Made by a program: the position numbers and the translations under genes. From the NCBI GenBank assembly GCA_965213705.1, contig OZ243913.1:2016001-2080000 (forward strand): a DNA stretch of 64,000 nt. Direction: 5' to 3'. The notes below the pieces were generated by a model, which had not been told where the DNA came from, ran no database searches, and was given only the letters and a program-made list of their open reading frames with translations. The DNA is from Trueperaceae bacterium (GTDB taxonomy: Bacteria; Deinococcota; Deinococci; Deinococcales; Trueperaceae). Position 1 is the stretch's first letter. The number at the start of each line of letters is the position of its first letter. Positions 10,801 through 19,166 of this stretch are shown in pieces.

Positions 10801-11157
10801 CACGTCTCGTCGGCCGCCGGTTACAGCGGCGACGTGCTCATCTTGTCGGACGTGGGCGACGCGGCCAGCAACGCGGACGGCCAGCTTTTCACGCTCGAGG
10901 ACGCCGGCACCGCGAGCGGCAACGTGGCGGTAAGGGCGCAAATCGGCGGCCCCAACTCGACCCTGGGCAACCCGGTCGACATCACCTTCGACGGTGACAA
11001 CCTCTACGTCGCCGAAAAGACCAAGGACACCGTGCTGCGCTTTGACAACATCCTCAACCAAACGGGTCAAAAGGATGTCAGCCCGGACAAGTCTGTGAAA
11101 GTCGACAACGTCGAGTCGGTGGCGCTCGCGCCCGAGTACCTCACCGACTTCCGCTAA
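7837..11157 (+). CDS. Large acidic lipoprotein: Ig-like domain plus three ~320-aa putative beta-propeller repeats
   Basis: GGGAGG before ATG 7837; lipobox LAAC; repeats begin near 8251, 9235 and 10195. Confidence 0.85.
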   Translation: MTDSPKRPNAARLWSLLVTLILLVGVLAACSGAPTPGPDPDAPAINITGPSEESVVSQDNVVVTGVLNDNVTAMNYALNGGQGQDVAFSDNEYAFPITGLLNGKNEITVTVSNADGDTVVVIIIIIFNPDAGGDVADTFYVSNNGPQNAGEVDTFDEDFDQQNTFFSGNNEGVDLDRFGDLYHAGDGDNGPSIRIVSQFYLREGGSFDPSQDREIKGDQTGLVAPKGIDLAEDEGFILVADFGADPGSDNLKIFNTSDSGDVSPVGTTSLAVKPWDLAYDGESDRLFVALTDGTVAVFDRYLQQGDFGSDGPDAVLTPVDRRGDKISDNLHGIAYDALKDALVVTDVGDAAVADDGGIYVIHDAGKAGKRDGKVIPGRTIFGPDTLLGNPVDIILNGDEARVMEKAGDKLLVFDNIFYGKSGEVEPDLAVNETKPESIVAARDDYDAKPGQPNPPAGGFDSDFDLNVYLSNNGPDNAGDVDTFDEAFNLKDTFVSGNNEGVDLDVLGNLYHAGDGDNGPSIRIVSQIRNRDDGGMYQDNVDREIKGDKTGLVAPKGFDIADEAGYLIVADFGDKNLKVYGSAADGNVAPVAVTQVPAAAWDVAYDSVHDRLFAALTDGTVGVFDRYLEKSFGAGGPTKIITPVDDGGKKISTNLHGVAYAQDRNTLVVTDVGDAGVADDGSLYVLSNASRINGKVKPDRVVRGPATMLGNPVDVILNGDEARIAEKARDKLLIFDKVFSGDSGDVAPDLMVDELKPESLVAEDAAFRLTNPDVTDVDDGGTMLDAVFATSNVPDAGTDFVVGLEPDLSGQTSTFDTTGATVNPENITFDLSGDAYVTFDNGMTPSEGGILVVNRLAGSRDGGNFDASRDRTIQGDQTGLVAPKGLDVVSAKGLAIVADFGDKNVKVFSTQTGGNVAPLYVTNDLGSDTRSVWDLDYDPGNDRLFVAATDGTVLVYDDYTDGGGASGPTRVITPTVNGAKASVNLHGVVHVSSAAGYSGDVLILSDVGDAASNADGQLFTLEDAGTASGNVAVRAQIGGPNSTLGNPVDITFDGDNLYVAEKTKDTVLRFDNILNQTGQKDVSPDKSVKVDNVESVALAPEYLTDFR

Positions 11158-11181
11158 CGTTTCAGCTTAGCTGAACTGTTC

Positions 11182-11217
11182 CCGGATACCGCGTCCTGCG
11201 CGGTGTCCGGCTTTTTG
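11182..11217 (+). terminator. Intrinsic terminator
   Basis: ccggataccgcg...cgcggtgtccgg stem followed by a T run. Confidence 0.8.
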
Positions 11218-11258
11218 TTGTCGGAGTTTACTTTGGAGTCTTTACTTGAATAAGGTGT

Positions 11259-12503
11259 TCAGGCGGCAAGCGCGGCAAGGGTTTGCGCCAGGGTCTGCAC
11301 GCCTTTTTCAATCGCTTCGGGCGAAACGTACTCGTCCGGGCGGTGGCTCACGCCGCCCCGGCAAGGAATAAAAATCATGCCGACCGGACACAGTCGCGCC
11401 ATAAAAAGCGTGTCGTGGTAGGCGCGGCTCACCATCGGTAAGCTGCCCAGACCGAGACTTTTGGCGGCGGCTTCGACGGCGTGAATCACCTCGGGCGCGC
11501 AAACTGCGGGCGGGTCGGCGTTCAGGACCTTTAGTTCAAGTCCGACGTTGCGACCTTCCGAGACCTCCTCCGCCGCCTTTTTGACACTTTCCACCACGCG
11601 GTCGCGCCGCGCCAAACTGGTGTCGCGGGCGTCGACGCTCATTGTCACGCGGCTCGGGATGCTGTTGACGGCGCGCGGATGCACGTCGAAAATACCGACC
11701 GTGGCGACCGTGTCGACGCTGCCGCTGCTGTGCGCGGCTTCTTCGGCGGCCAGGGCGATTTCAGCCCCGGCGAGGAGCGCGTCGCGGCGCTCCGGCATCA
11801 GCACCGCCCCGGCGTGCCCGCCGCTGCCCGTGAGGGTGAGGTGCAAGGTTGCCGGGGCCGCAATCGCGGTGACCACACCGATGTCCAAGCCTTTTTGTTC
11901 CAGGAGCGGTCCTTGCTCGATGTGCAGTTCGACGAAAGCGTGGTAAAAATCCTCGGCTAAGCGCACGTCTTCTAACCGCCCCGTAAAGCCGGCCGCGCGG
12001 CGCACGTCGTCCGGGTTGCGGCCGTCTTCGTCTGTGAGCTGCCGAACAGCGTCCGGACTGAGCGTGCCGGACATGGCCCTCGAGCCCAAACAGCCTATCC
12101 CGAAACGCGTCGGCTCCTCGCTCGTAAACAAGACGAGTTCGAGGCTGCGCCGCGGCGTAAAACCGCTTTCTTGCAACGCGCGAATCGCCTCGAGCCCGCC
12201 CAACACCCCGACCGTTCCGTCGTAGCGGCCAGAGTGGGGAATGGCGTCGATGTGCGACCCCGTGGCGACGGCGCTCGCTTCGGGTTCGCTGCCAACCCAA
12301 CGTGCGAACACGTTGCCGAGCGCGTCCTCACGCAGTTCGAAACCTGCTTCTCGACACAACGTTTTAAACCAAGCCCTGGCCGCCAAGTCCTGCGCGGTGT
12401 AGAGCACCCGCGTCACGGCGGGCGCGGGCGTGTCCGAAAAGGTGGCTAGGTGCTCGAGTTCGGCGCTCAGCCTAGTTGAATCGACCTCAACACCTTGAAT
12501 CAT
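11259..12503 (-). CDS. M20 Zn-dependent amidohydrolase (allantoate/ureidoglycolate or N-carbamoyl hydrolase family)
   Basis: GSHIDA, DGTVGV, SEEPTRFG, ELHIEQGP, SRAYHD, SHRPDE. Confidence 0.88.
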   Translation of the reverse strand: MIQGVEVDSTRLSAELEHLATFSDTPAPAVTRVLYTAQDLAARAWFKTLCREAGFELREDALGNVFARWVGSEPEASAVATGSHIDAIPHSGRYDGTVGVLGGLEAIRALQESGFTPRRSLELVLFTSEEPTRFGIGCLGSRAMSGTLSPDAVRQLTDEDGRNPDDVRRAAGFTGRLEDVRLAEDFYHAFVELHIEQGPLLEQKGLDIGVVTAIAAPATLHLTLTGSGGHAGAVLMPERRDALLAGAEIALAAEEAAHSSGSVDTVATVGIFDVHPRAVNSIPSRVTMSVDARDTSLARRDRVVESVKKAAEEVSEGRNVGLELKVLNADPPAVCAPEVIHAVEAAAKSLGLGSLPMVSRAYHDTLFMARLCPVGMIFIPCRGGVSHRPDEYVSPEAIEKGVQTLAQTLAALAA

Positions 12504-13951
12504 TCACCCAAAGCCTCTCTCGCTTTTTGCTCGAGTTCCGCCAACATATCATCTATAAGTCCTTGCACAAAAATAGCCAACCTCATCTGCACGGCGGCGC
12601 TGGGTTGAGGTAGCAGTTCTGATACGCGCACCTCAAACAAGCTTTTCTCTTTGGTGCTTCCGCCACGGGGGTCGGCAGTTTGGATGATGATGTCATCTTC
12701 AGTACCGCTGTTTTTTGGTACTGATACGGCATAAGCTCGCTGTAGGTAGATGTTCGTAGGTAGAGATTGGGTAGAGAGGTTAATGAATGCTCCCTTAATG
12801 CCTTGAATTTTCAAAGGCACTCTGTAGTTGGGGTACACAGGTTCATAAGAGCCTCCAAATCCATTGGCCTCTGCTTTCAAAATGCCATCACTATTGCTTG
12901 CTTGTCCCTTTAGCTCATTAGAGATTTTTTCATAAAATGACTGTGCCAAGTCTAAGGCCGCCTGGTCTATCTCGGCATGAGTGTAACCGCTTTGGGTGCG
13001 ATTCAAACTCCTCAAACCTTGTAAGCTTTCCTTCGATGAGCGGGGCTCGGCGGCGCGTAAGCTTTCTTCGACGAGTTGAACGGAATCCAGGGTTCGTTCC
13101 AAAACGAAATTGATAAAGGTTTGAGGCTTGCCTTGGTCGGCCTTCTCGAGCGCTTCGAGGTATTCGTCACGTTTTTCGAAGAGGATGAGGAGAGGAACCG
13201 ATTGTGCGCGGTAAGTAAAAACGGAAGCTAGGGCTCGAGCTACGCGGCCGTTGCCATCGGCAAAGGGGTGAATGACGACAAAAGCGTAATGTGCGTAGGA
13301 AGCTTGCAAAGCGGGGTGAGCGTTTACAAAGTTTTCTGAGCGAAGCTCTTGAATGAACCTGTACATTTCACTCGGTGTAATGTCGGCCGGAGCGTAGGCA
13401 TGAATGTCGCCACTCCGACCGCGCACGTGGTTGGGGGAGGACTTGTACTTGCCCTTTTTGAGCCGGACCTGTTGAGGGCCGATTTCGGTTATGGCACTAT
13501 ACGTTTCCTGATTGCGACACATAATTTCGTGCAGGCTGCGGATTGAAGCTTCGCTGATGGGCGTTTCTTCGGTAGCCAAGTTGAGAATGTATTCGTAGGC
13601 CTCGAGTTGCGCCTCGATGTAGCCGCGAGCCTCTTCACCTTTTTCTGCTAGGGCCGTTTCCCAAAAAGCGGCTTGGGTGGCGATGGTAAAGGTAAAGCCT
13701 CTGTCGACTTCGTACAAGCCTTCGATGGCCCCCGTGTCGACGGCGGCTGCGCGCCGGACGATGTCGTTCGCCTTTTTGAGCAATTCGGGGGAGGCTGTGT
13801 TCCGCCGCTGCTCCAACTGTTGAGTGTAGCGGTTCCACCTCGTCAGGTTGACTGGATATTTTGACCACGCCTCGAATGAGGGGAACGGCCTATAACTCGC
13901 GTCGATAGCACGAATGTCACCGGCAGTGAGCGACGTATTTTGTTCTGCCAT
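12500..13951 (-). CDS. Fic-domain protein
   Basis: HPFADGNGRVAR catalytic motif; TGAIEG inhibitory-type motif; GC lower than the flanks. Confidence 0.9.
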   Translation of the reverse strand: MAEQNTSLTAGDIRAIDASYRPFPSFEAWSKYPVNLTRWNRYTQQLEQRRNTASPELLKKANDIVRRAAAVDTGAIEGLYEVDRGFTFTIATQAAFWETALAEKGEEARGYIEAQLEAYEYILNLATEETPISEASIRSLHEIMCRNQETYSAITEIGPQQVRLKKGKYKSSPNHVRGRSGDIHAYAPADITPSEMYRFIQELRSENFVNAHPALQASYAHYAFVVIHPFADGNGRVARALASVFTYRAQSVPLLILFEKRDEYLEALEKADQGKPQTFINFVLERTLDSVQLVEESLRAAEPRSSKESLQGLRSLNRTQSGYTHAEIDQAALDLAQSFYEKISNELKGQASNSDGILKAEANGFGGSYEPVYPNYRVPLKIQGIKGAFINLSTQSLPTNIYLQRAYAVSVPKNSGTEDDIIIQTADPRGGSTKEKSLFEVRVSELLPQPSAAVQMRLAIFVQGLIDDMLAELEQKAREALGE

Positions 13952-13954
13952 TTC

Positions 13955-14355
13955 TCAGTCTACCTCACTATCCCCATCAACTTTCTCGAATGCGAACACA
14001 TCCCGGTTCGTTTCTTTGTAGAGCAGGTAAGACGAGACTTCCGTCCCCAGCGCCCCGAACCACTGCGGGCAGTACGGCCCCAACCACAGCGCGTCGCCCG
14101 CTTGAACCGGATACCAGGCGTCCCCAAGTCGGTGGACAGCATCAGCAGGCCGTGCTCCATAAAGTGCGTCTCGGCGAAGGGTAGGGTCGCGCCGGGGCGA
14201 AAGTTCATGGTGTTCACCGCCAGGTCGAAGCGCGGGTCGCCGGGGGAATCTTTTGACGGTGACGTTGGCGTCGCCCAAAAACGGCTCGCCCGCAACCTCG
14301 GCCTCGTCGCCGACGACGATGGGCAGGGGCTCGTCAGTTTCCGACGGAATGAAGC
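13955..14355 (-). pseudogene. allE: Degraded (S)-ureidoglycine aminohydrolase (AllE/YlbA cupin), 5'-truncated with two frameshifts
   Basis: Conserved blocks in different frames: [16 protein letters not shown] / [34 protein letters not shown] / [30 protein letters not shown]...[10 protein letters not shown]. Confidence 0.8.
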
Positions 14356-14431
14356 GGCGTAGCCCAAGATTGGAACCCGAAAGAAAGCCGGCTCGACAAA
14401 CTTCCGGGCCCCCTTTCGGTAGACTGACCTG

Positions 14432-15658
14432 GTGACCGCTACCTCTCCAACCATCGTCGTCATCGGGGGCGGCGCGGCGGGCTTTTTCGCCGCCGTGACC
14501 TGCGCCGAGGCGAATCCGCAGGCCCACGTCACCCTCCTGGAAAGAAGCGGTCAACTCCTCTCCAAGGTACGCATTTCCGGCGGCGGTCGCTGCAACGTGA
14601 CGCATAGTCTGTTCGACCCCGCCCTGTTGGTCGAGAACTACCCGCGGGGCGGGCGCGCTCTGCGCGGGCCGCTGACCCGGTTCGGCCCTCGAGACACCGT
14701 GCAATGGTTCGCGGCGCGGGGCGTCGAACTGGTAGCCGAGGGCGACGGGCGGATGTTCCCCGTTACGAACAGTTCCGAGACGATTGTAGATTGTCTGCTC
14801 GAGGCGGCGAAAACAGCCGGGGTCGAGATTCGCACCAAGGCTGCCGTGGCTTCTCTCGAGAAGAATCGAGAAGGCTTCTCAGTCGAGTTGGCAACAGGCG
14901 AGCTTTTACAATGCGAGCGGTTACTGTTGGCGACCGGCAGTAATGCCAAAGCCTACGCCTGGGCGCAAGCGCTGGGCCACTCGGTCGAACCTCCGGCTCC
15001 GTCGCTGTTTACTTTCAACGTTACCGACCCGCGGCTCGAGGGTCTAGCCGGAATCTCGGTGCCTCACGCTCGAGTGCGGCTTGACGGGACGAAGCTCGAG
15101 CAGCGCGGCCCCCTGCTCATCACGCACTGGGGGCTGTCCGGCCCCGCCGTGCTCAAACTGTCGGCGTGGGGGGCTCGCGAGCTTCAGGCGCGCAACTACC
15201 GGACGCCGTTGGAAGTCAACTGGTTGGGAGACGTTCAGCCGGACGAGGTGAAGCGCACCCTAGCGGCGTTCAAAGAGGCCGAAGCCCGAAAAACGGTCGT
15301 GGCGAACAGCCCGGTCGCCGTGCCGCAGAGGTTGTGGCGGTCGTTGGTTCAGGCCGCCGGGATTCTCGAGTCCAAACGCTGGGCGGACGTGTCCAAGCTC
15401 GAGCTGACCCGGCTTGCCGACGAACTGAGCCGCGGCTGTTACCAAATCACCGGCAAAGGCGTGTTCAAAGAAGAGTTCGTGACCTGCGGCGGCGTGAGCT
15501 TAAACGAGGTGAATTTCAAAACGATGGAAAGCCGCCTTTGCCCCGGCCTTTACTTTGCCGGTGAGGTTTTGGACATCGACGGGGTGACGGGCGGGTTCAA
15601 CTTTCAAAGTGCCTGGGCGACGGGTTGGTTGGCGGGGCGGGCGATGGCTGATGGTTAG
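14432..15658 (+). CDS. HI0933/BaiN family FAD-dependent oxidoreductase
   Basis: [43 protein letters not shown]. Confidence 0.92.
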   Translation: MTATSPTIVVIGGGAAGFFAAVTCAEANPQAHVTLLERSGQLLSKVRISGGGRCNVTHSLFDPALLVENYPRGGRALRGPLTRFGPRDTVQWFAARGVELVAEGDGRMFPVTNSSETIVDCLLEAAKTAGVEIRTKAAVASLEKNREGFSVELATGELLQCERLLLATGSNAKAYAWAQALGHSVEPPAPSLFTFNVTDPRLEGLAGISVPHARVRLDGTKLEQRGPLLITHWGLSGPAVLKLSAWGARELQARNYRTPLEVNWLGDVQPDEVKRTLAAFKEAEARKTVVANSPVAVPQRLWRSLVQAAGILESKRWADVSKLELTRLADELSRGCYQITGKGVFKEEFVTCGGVSLNEVNFKTMESRLCPGLYFAGEVLDIDGVTGGFNFQSAWATGWLAGRAMADG

Positions 15659-15690
15659 GTGATTTGTGAGTGTTTGGAGAAGGAATTGCA

Positions 15691-16047
15691 ATGAGCAAAA
15701 TCAAAAGTTTTCCCAATAGCTTGATAGGTGAGCCGTGTAACGCAGTTTGCTTTGTCATGGATTACGTGCAATTCCAGTTTGATGAACAAGGTCTCACAAG
15801 TTTAAGCGACCCGATTATCCAAGTTGGTGCAAGTCGTTTCCAGTTTCCTCAAGAAGGTTCACGCGACGCTCTTTGCTCTCTGATAGGCAAAGAGGTTGAA
15901 GATATTTCAGTGGATGAGGCTTACGAAATTAGGTTTCTGTTTGCTTCCGGTGAAGTGCTTATCATTCCTTTAGATGAAAATAGGAGAACAGGGCCAGAGG
16001 CGGGATATTACTCCCCTGGCCCCAATCAGCCTATCGAAGTTTGGTAA
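15691..16047 (+). CDS. Hypothetical protein, low GC
   Basis: AGGA before ATG 15691; clearly AT-richer than neighbours. Confidence 0.65.
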   Translation: MSKIKSFPNSLIGEPCNAVCFVMDYVQFQFDEQGLTSLSDPIIQVGASRFQFPQEGSRDALCSLIGKEVEDISVDEAYEIRFLFASGEVLIIPLDENRRTGPEAGYYSPGPNQPIEVW

Positions 16048-16079
16048 CTACAGGCACTGAGCCGAATTTCTTCTGTCCT

Positions 16080-16205
16080 TCAGGCGAGCGGATACCCCCC
16101 GCCTCATACGCATCTTGCGCCAGCTCACGCCGCAGTTCGATAAGGTCTACGCCGTGCTCGGCCAGGTAAGTGTTCAGTTTGGGAATGTGGGTGTTGCCGC
16201 CACCG
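16080..16205 (-). pseudogene. Diverged, frameshifted duplicate of the acyl-CoA dehydrogenase 3' end
   Basis: Matches 17014-17140, including ctcacgccgcagttcgataaggtctacgccgtgctcggcca. Confidence 0.9.
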
Positions 16206-16229
16206 AGGGCAAGCAGAAACCGGTTGCGG

Positions 16230-16637
16230 TCAGCCCTTTAAGTGAGCCAAAAAGTTAATGGGTGAAGCGATGGGCTTGCCCTCAAAATTGCTGAGAGCTA
16301 GGAGCGCTTTGTCACCTGTCACCAGTCCTTCGGCGTCGCTGTCACGCAGCATCGCCAAGAGGTAACGGTCTTTGGGGTCTTCGAATTCGGGGAAGGGCTG
16401 CCGGGGCCGCACCACCTCACTGAATGCTAAAAGGTCGCGAACAAACTGGGCGCGGTCTTCTGCTGTCAGGTAGGGTACAAACTTAGCGCGGCCCAACACG
16501 TCTTCGACCTCGGCGAGCAGGTAAGGACTCATGAGCGACGAAAACCGCTTGGCTCTCCAAGCGTCTTGTAACGGCTTCAAGGCGCGGCTACGCAGGGCGA
16601 AGCTTACCAGCACGTTGCTGTCGAGGACGACCAGCAT
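16230..16637 (-). CDS. PIN-domain toxin (type II toxin-antitoxin system)
   Basis: VVLDSNVLVS, DPKD, LVTGDKALL. Confidence 0.88.
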   Translation of the reverse strand: MLVVLDSNVLVSFALRSRALKPLQDAWRAKRFSSLMSPYLLAEVEDVLGRAKFVPYLTAEDRAQFVRDLLAFSEVVRPRQPFPEFEDPKDRYLLAMLRDSDAEGLVTGDKALLALSNFEGKPIASPINFLAHLKG

Positions 16638-16640
16638 AGC

Positions 16641-16943
16641 TCAGGCGCTCGAGTCCCCTTTGGCGTGGCGCTCGGCGCGTACGTTTTGAACTTCCTCGAG
16701 GATCATCTCGTCCATCTCCTCGTCGGTGACGCCCTCGGCTCGCCACGCGGCCTCGGCTTTTTCGGCGATGGCGGCCATGCGGGTAAAAGCGGCGGCGCGG
16801 TCACTGACCTGTTTAGGTGTGTAGACGAGGCGGCCGTCTTCGACCTGGGCTTCCAAGATGTCACCCTCGCCGATTTGCAAAACGTCCCGAACTTCTCGCG
16901 GAATAACCACCTGGAACTTTTTTTTGACCGTCACGAGCGGCAT
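16641..16943 (-). CDS. AbrB/MazE/SpoVT family antitoxin
   Basis: KFQVVIPREVRDVLQIGEGD; directly upstream of the PIN gene. Confidence 0.88.
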   Translation of the reverse strand: MPLVTVKKKFQVVIPREVRDVLQIGEGDILEAQVEDGRLVYTPKQVSDRAAAFTRMAAIAEKAEAAWRAEGVTDEEMDEMILEEVQNVRAERHAKGDSSA

Positions 16944-16961
16944 GGTTTTGTCTCCTTTTTA

Positions 16962-16988
16962 TAAACGGTTTAGGCGATGAACCGTTCA
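16962..16988. promoter_or_regulatory. Likely toxin-antitoxin operator: two near-palindromic boxes TAAACGGTTTA and TGAACCGTTCA
   Basis: Directly upstream of the antitoxin start. Confidence 0.5.
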
Positions 16989-17013
16989 TAGGTTAACGCA
17001 TGGGAGTAGGCTG

Positions 17014-18768
17014 TCAGGCCAGCGAATACCCACCCGCCTCATACGCATCCTGCGCCGCCTCACGCCGCAGTTCGATAAGGTCTACGCCGTGCTCGGCCAA
17101 GTAAGCGTGCAGCTTGCCCATGTGCTTGCCGCCGCCGGGAATCCGCCGCAACGCCTCGAGCCCCCACGCCCTCGCCTCGTCCACGGCTTCAAACGTGTAC
17201 AGCCGAGCGAGTCTGGCGGCCTTCGCGCCTTTGCCCCCGTTCAACAACCGCTCTGCCCGCAGCAGCGCGGACTCGGACAGGTAGACCGCGGCTATCATAT
17301 CGGCGGCTCGAGCCATGATTTCTTGTTCTTTCTCGAGGGCCTGCATGTACGTCATCGCTCCCAAGCCAGCGACGAGCAGCACCGCCTTTTTCATGTTTTC
17401 GACGGCTAAAAAGGCGTCTTTCAGTTCGTCGGGAGCATCTGTTTCTGTAACCGGCTCGCCCTGCGCTGCCCCCTGTGCGGCGCTCATTATCTCGAGCTTG
17501 CCCTTCATAGCGCGTTTCAGGAGTTGGCCGCTCGTGAGCATCCGGTTGATTTCGTTCGTGCCTTCGAAAATGCGGTTGATGCGCGCGTTGCGGTAGGCGA
17601 GTTCGATTGGGTACTCGGCGCTGAAGCCGTTGCCGCCGAAAATTTGCAGCGTTTCGTCGACGGTGTCGCCTAAGATTTCCGAGCCCAACACCTTGATGAG
17701 CGAATACTCGACCACGTACTCGTCGATGGCGCTCAGCTTGGATTCTTGGTTTTCTTTACCGGCCAAGTTCGCGTCCAGGTCGCCGGTCATGCGGTAGACG
17801 GCGCTCTCGAGGGCGTAGGTATCCGCCGTCATCCGGCCGACCTTTTCTTTAATCATCCCGAAGTTCGCAATCGGCGTGCCGAACTGCTCACGGTCTTGGG
17901 CGTAGGTGCTGGCGAGGCGAATCATCTCCTTGCAACCGCCGACCGCGCCCGCCGCGAGTTTGAGGCGGCCCACGTTGAGAATCTGAAACGCGATGACGTG
18001 CCCGCGCCCCGCCTCGCCGAGCAAGTTTTCTTTGGGAACGCGGGCGTTCTCGAGAATGACCTGCCGCGTCGAGGAACCCTTGATGCCCATTTTCTTTTCT
18101 TCCGCGCCGAAGCTCAAACCCAGCGTGTCCCGCTCGACCAAAAAGGCCGTAAACTGCTCGCCGTCGATTTTGGCGAACACCGTGAATAAGTCGGCGAAAC
18201 CCGCGTTGGAAATCCACATCTTCGTGCCGTTCAGGACGTAGTGCGTGCCTTCGTCGTTCAGCACCGCCTTTGTTTTCGCCCCGAGCGAGTCCGAGCCGCT
18301 GCCGGGTTCGGACAGGCAGTAGGCCGCCACCCACTCGCCGTTGGCGAGCTTGGGGAGGTACTTTTCTTGCTGCTCCGGCGTGCCGAAGTAGACCAGCGGC
18401 AAAGTGCCGATGCCCGTGTGCGCGTTGAAGGTGACGTTGAACGAGCCCGCCCCAGCGAGCTTTTCGGTGACGAGCATCGAGGCGGCCTTGCTCGAGTCCA
18501 GCCCCCCATACGCTTCCGGCACATCGACGCCGAGCAAGCCCTGTTCGCCCGCTTTGCGCATCGCTTTTACAGACAATTCATAGTCGAGCTTCTCGAGGTC
18601 CTCGAGCACAGGTTTGATTTCGCGCTCGACAAACTGCTGCGCGGTCTGCCCGACCATTTTCAACTCGTCGTCAAACGCCTCGGGAATGAGAACGTTTTCG
18701 GCGGGGTGGCGCTCGAGCAGGAAACTCCCGCCCTTGTTCGGTGTGGTGGACTTTTCTGCGATTGCCAT
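17014..18768 (-). CDS. Long-type acyl-CoA dehydrogenase
   Basis: CLSEPGSGSD, NGTKMWISN, EKKMGIKGSST, REQFG, RIFEGTNEINR. Confidence 0.95.
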   Translation of the reverse strand: MAIAEKSTTPNKGGSFLLERHPAENVLIPEAFDDELKMVGQTAQQFVEREIKPVLEDLEKLDYELSVKAMRKAGEQGLLGVDVPEAYGGLDSSKAASMLVTEKLAGAGSFNVTFNAHTGIGTLPLVYFGTPEQQEKYLPKLANGEWVAAYCLSEPGSGSDSLGAKTKAVLNDEGTHYVLNGTKMWISNAGFADLFTVFAKIDGEQFTAFLVERDTLGLSFGAEEKKMGIKGSSTRQVILENARVPKENLLGEAGRGHVIAFQILNVGRLKLAAGAVGGCKEMIRLASTYAQDREQFGTPIANFGMIKEKVGRMTADTYALESAVYRMTGDLDANLAGKENQESKLSAIDEYVVEYSLIKVLGSEILGDTVDETLQIFGGNGFSAEYPIELAYRNARINRIFEGTNEINRMLTSGQLLKRAMKGKLEIMSAAQGAAQGEPVTETDAPDELKDAFLAVENMKKAVLLVAGLGAMTYMQALEKEQEIMARAADMIAAVYLSESALLRAERLLNGGKGAKAARLARLYTFEAVDEARAWGLEALRRIPGGGKHMGKLHAYLAEHGVDLIELRREAAQDAYEAGGYSLA

Positions 18769-19166
18769 GTTGGGCTCCTAAGTCTTTGGAATTGTTTTGT
18801 GACGGCTGCTTAGGAACAGTATAGGCGATAAGGTTGAACCGAGTACAAGATTGTGGGGCTCGAGGGCAAACGCAAGGTCGGCTTCCATCCACCTTTGTCT
18901 TTGTGTTCACGCAGTCGGGCGTAGCCTTGGGCGCGGAAAGCTTTGAGGCAACCTTACGCACACTCCACTGCACTGCCAAACTGTACTGCCAACGCACTTC
19001 AAAGGTTGAGATTGCCGCGCTTCACTACGTTACGCTCGCAATGACGGACGGTTTTGCTCGGCTTAACAACTTTGCCTCAGGCTGAACTCGAGGGTTTTCG
19101 TCTAACATCGTTCACCCTGTGGAATGCTTCATCTTTTTTACCCGCAAACTTGATAGCCTTGGCCTA

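Noticed and set aside
13955..14704. 249-aa ORF as an intact gene
   Set aside because: Its N-terminus is antisense to the oxidoreductase and the conserved AllE core is out of frame
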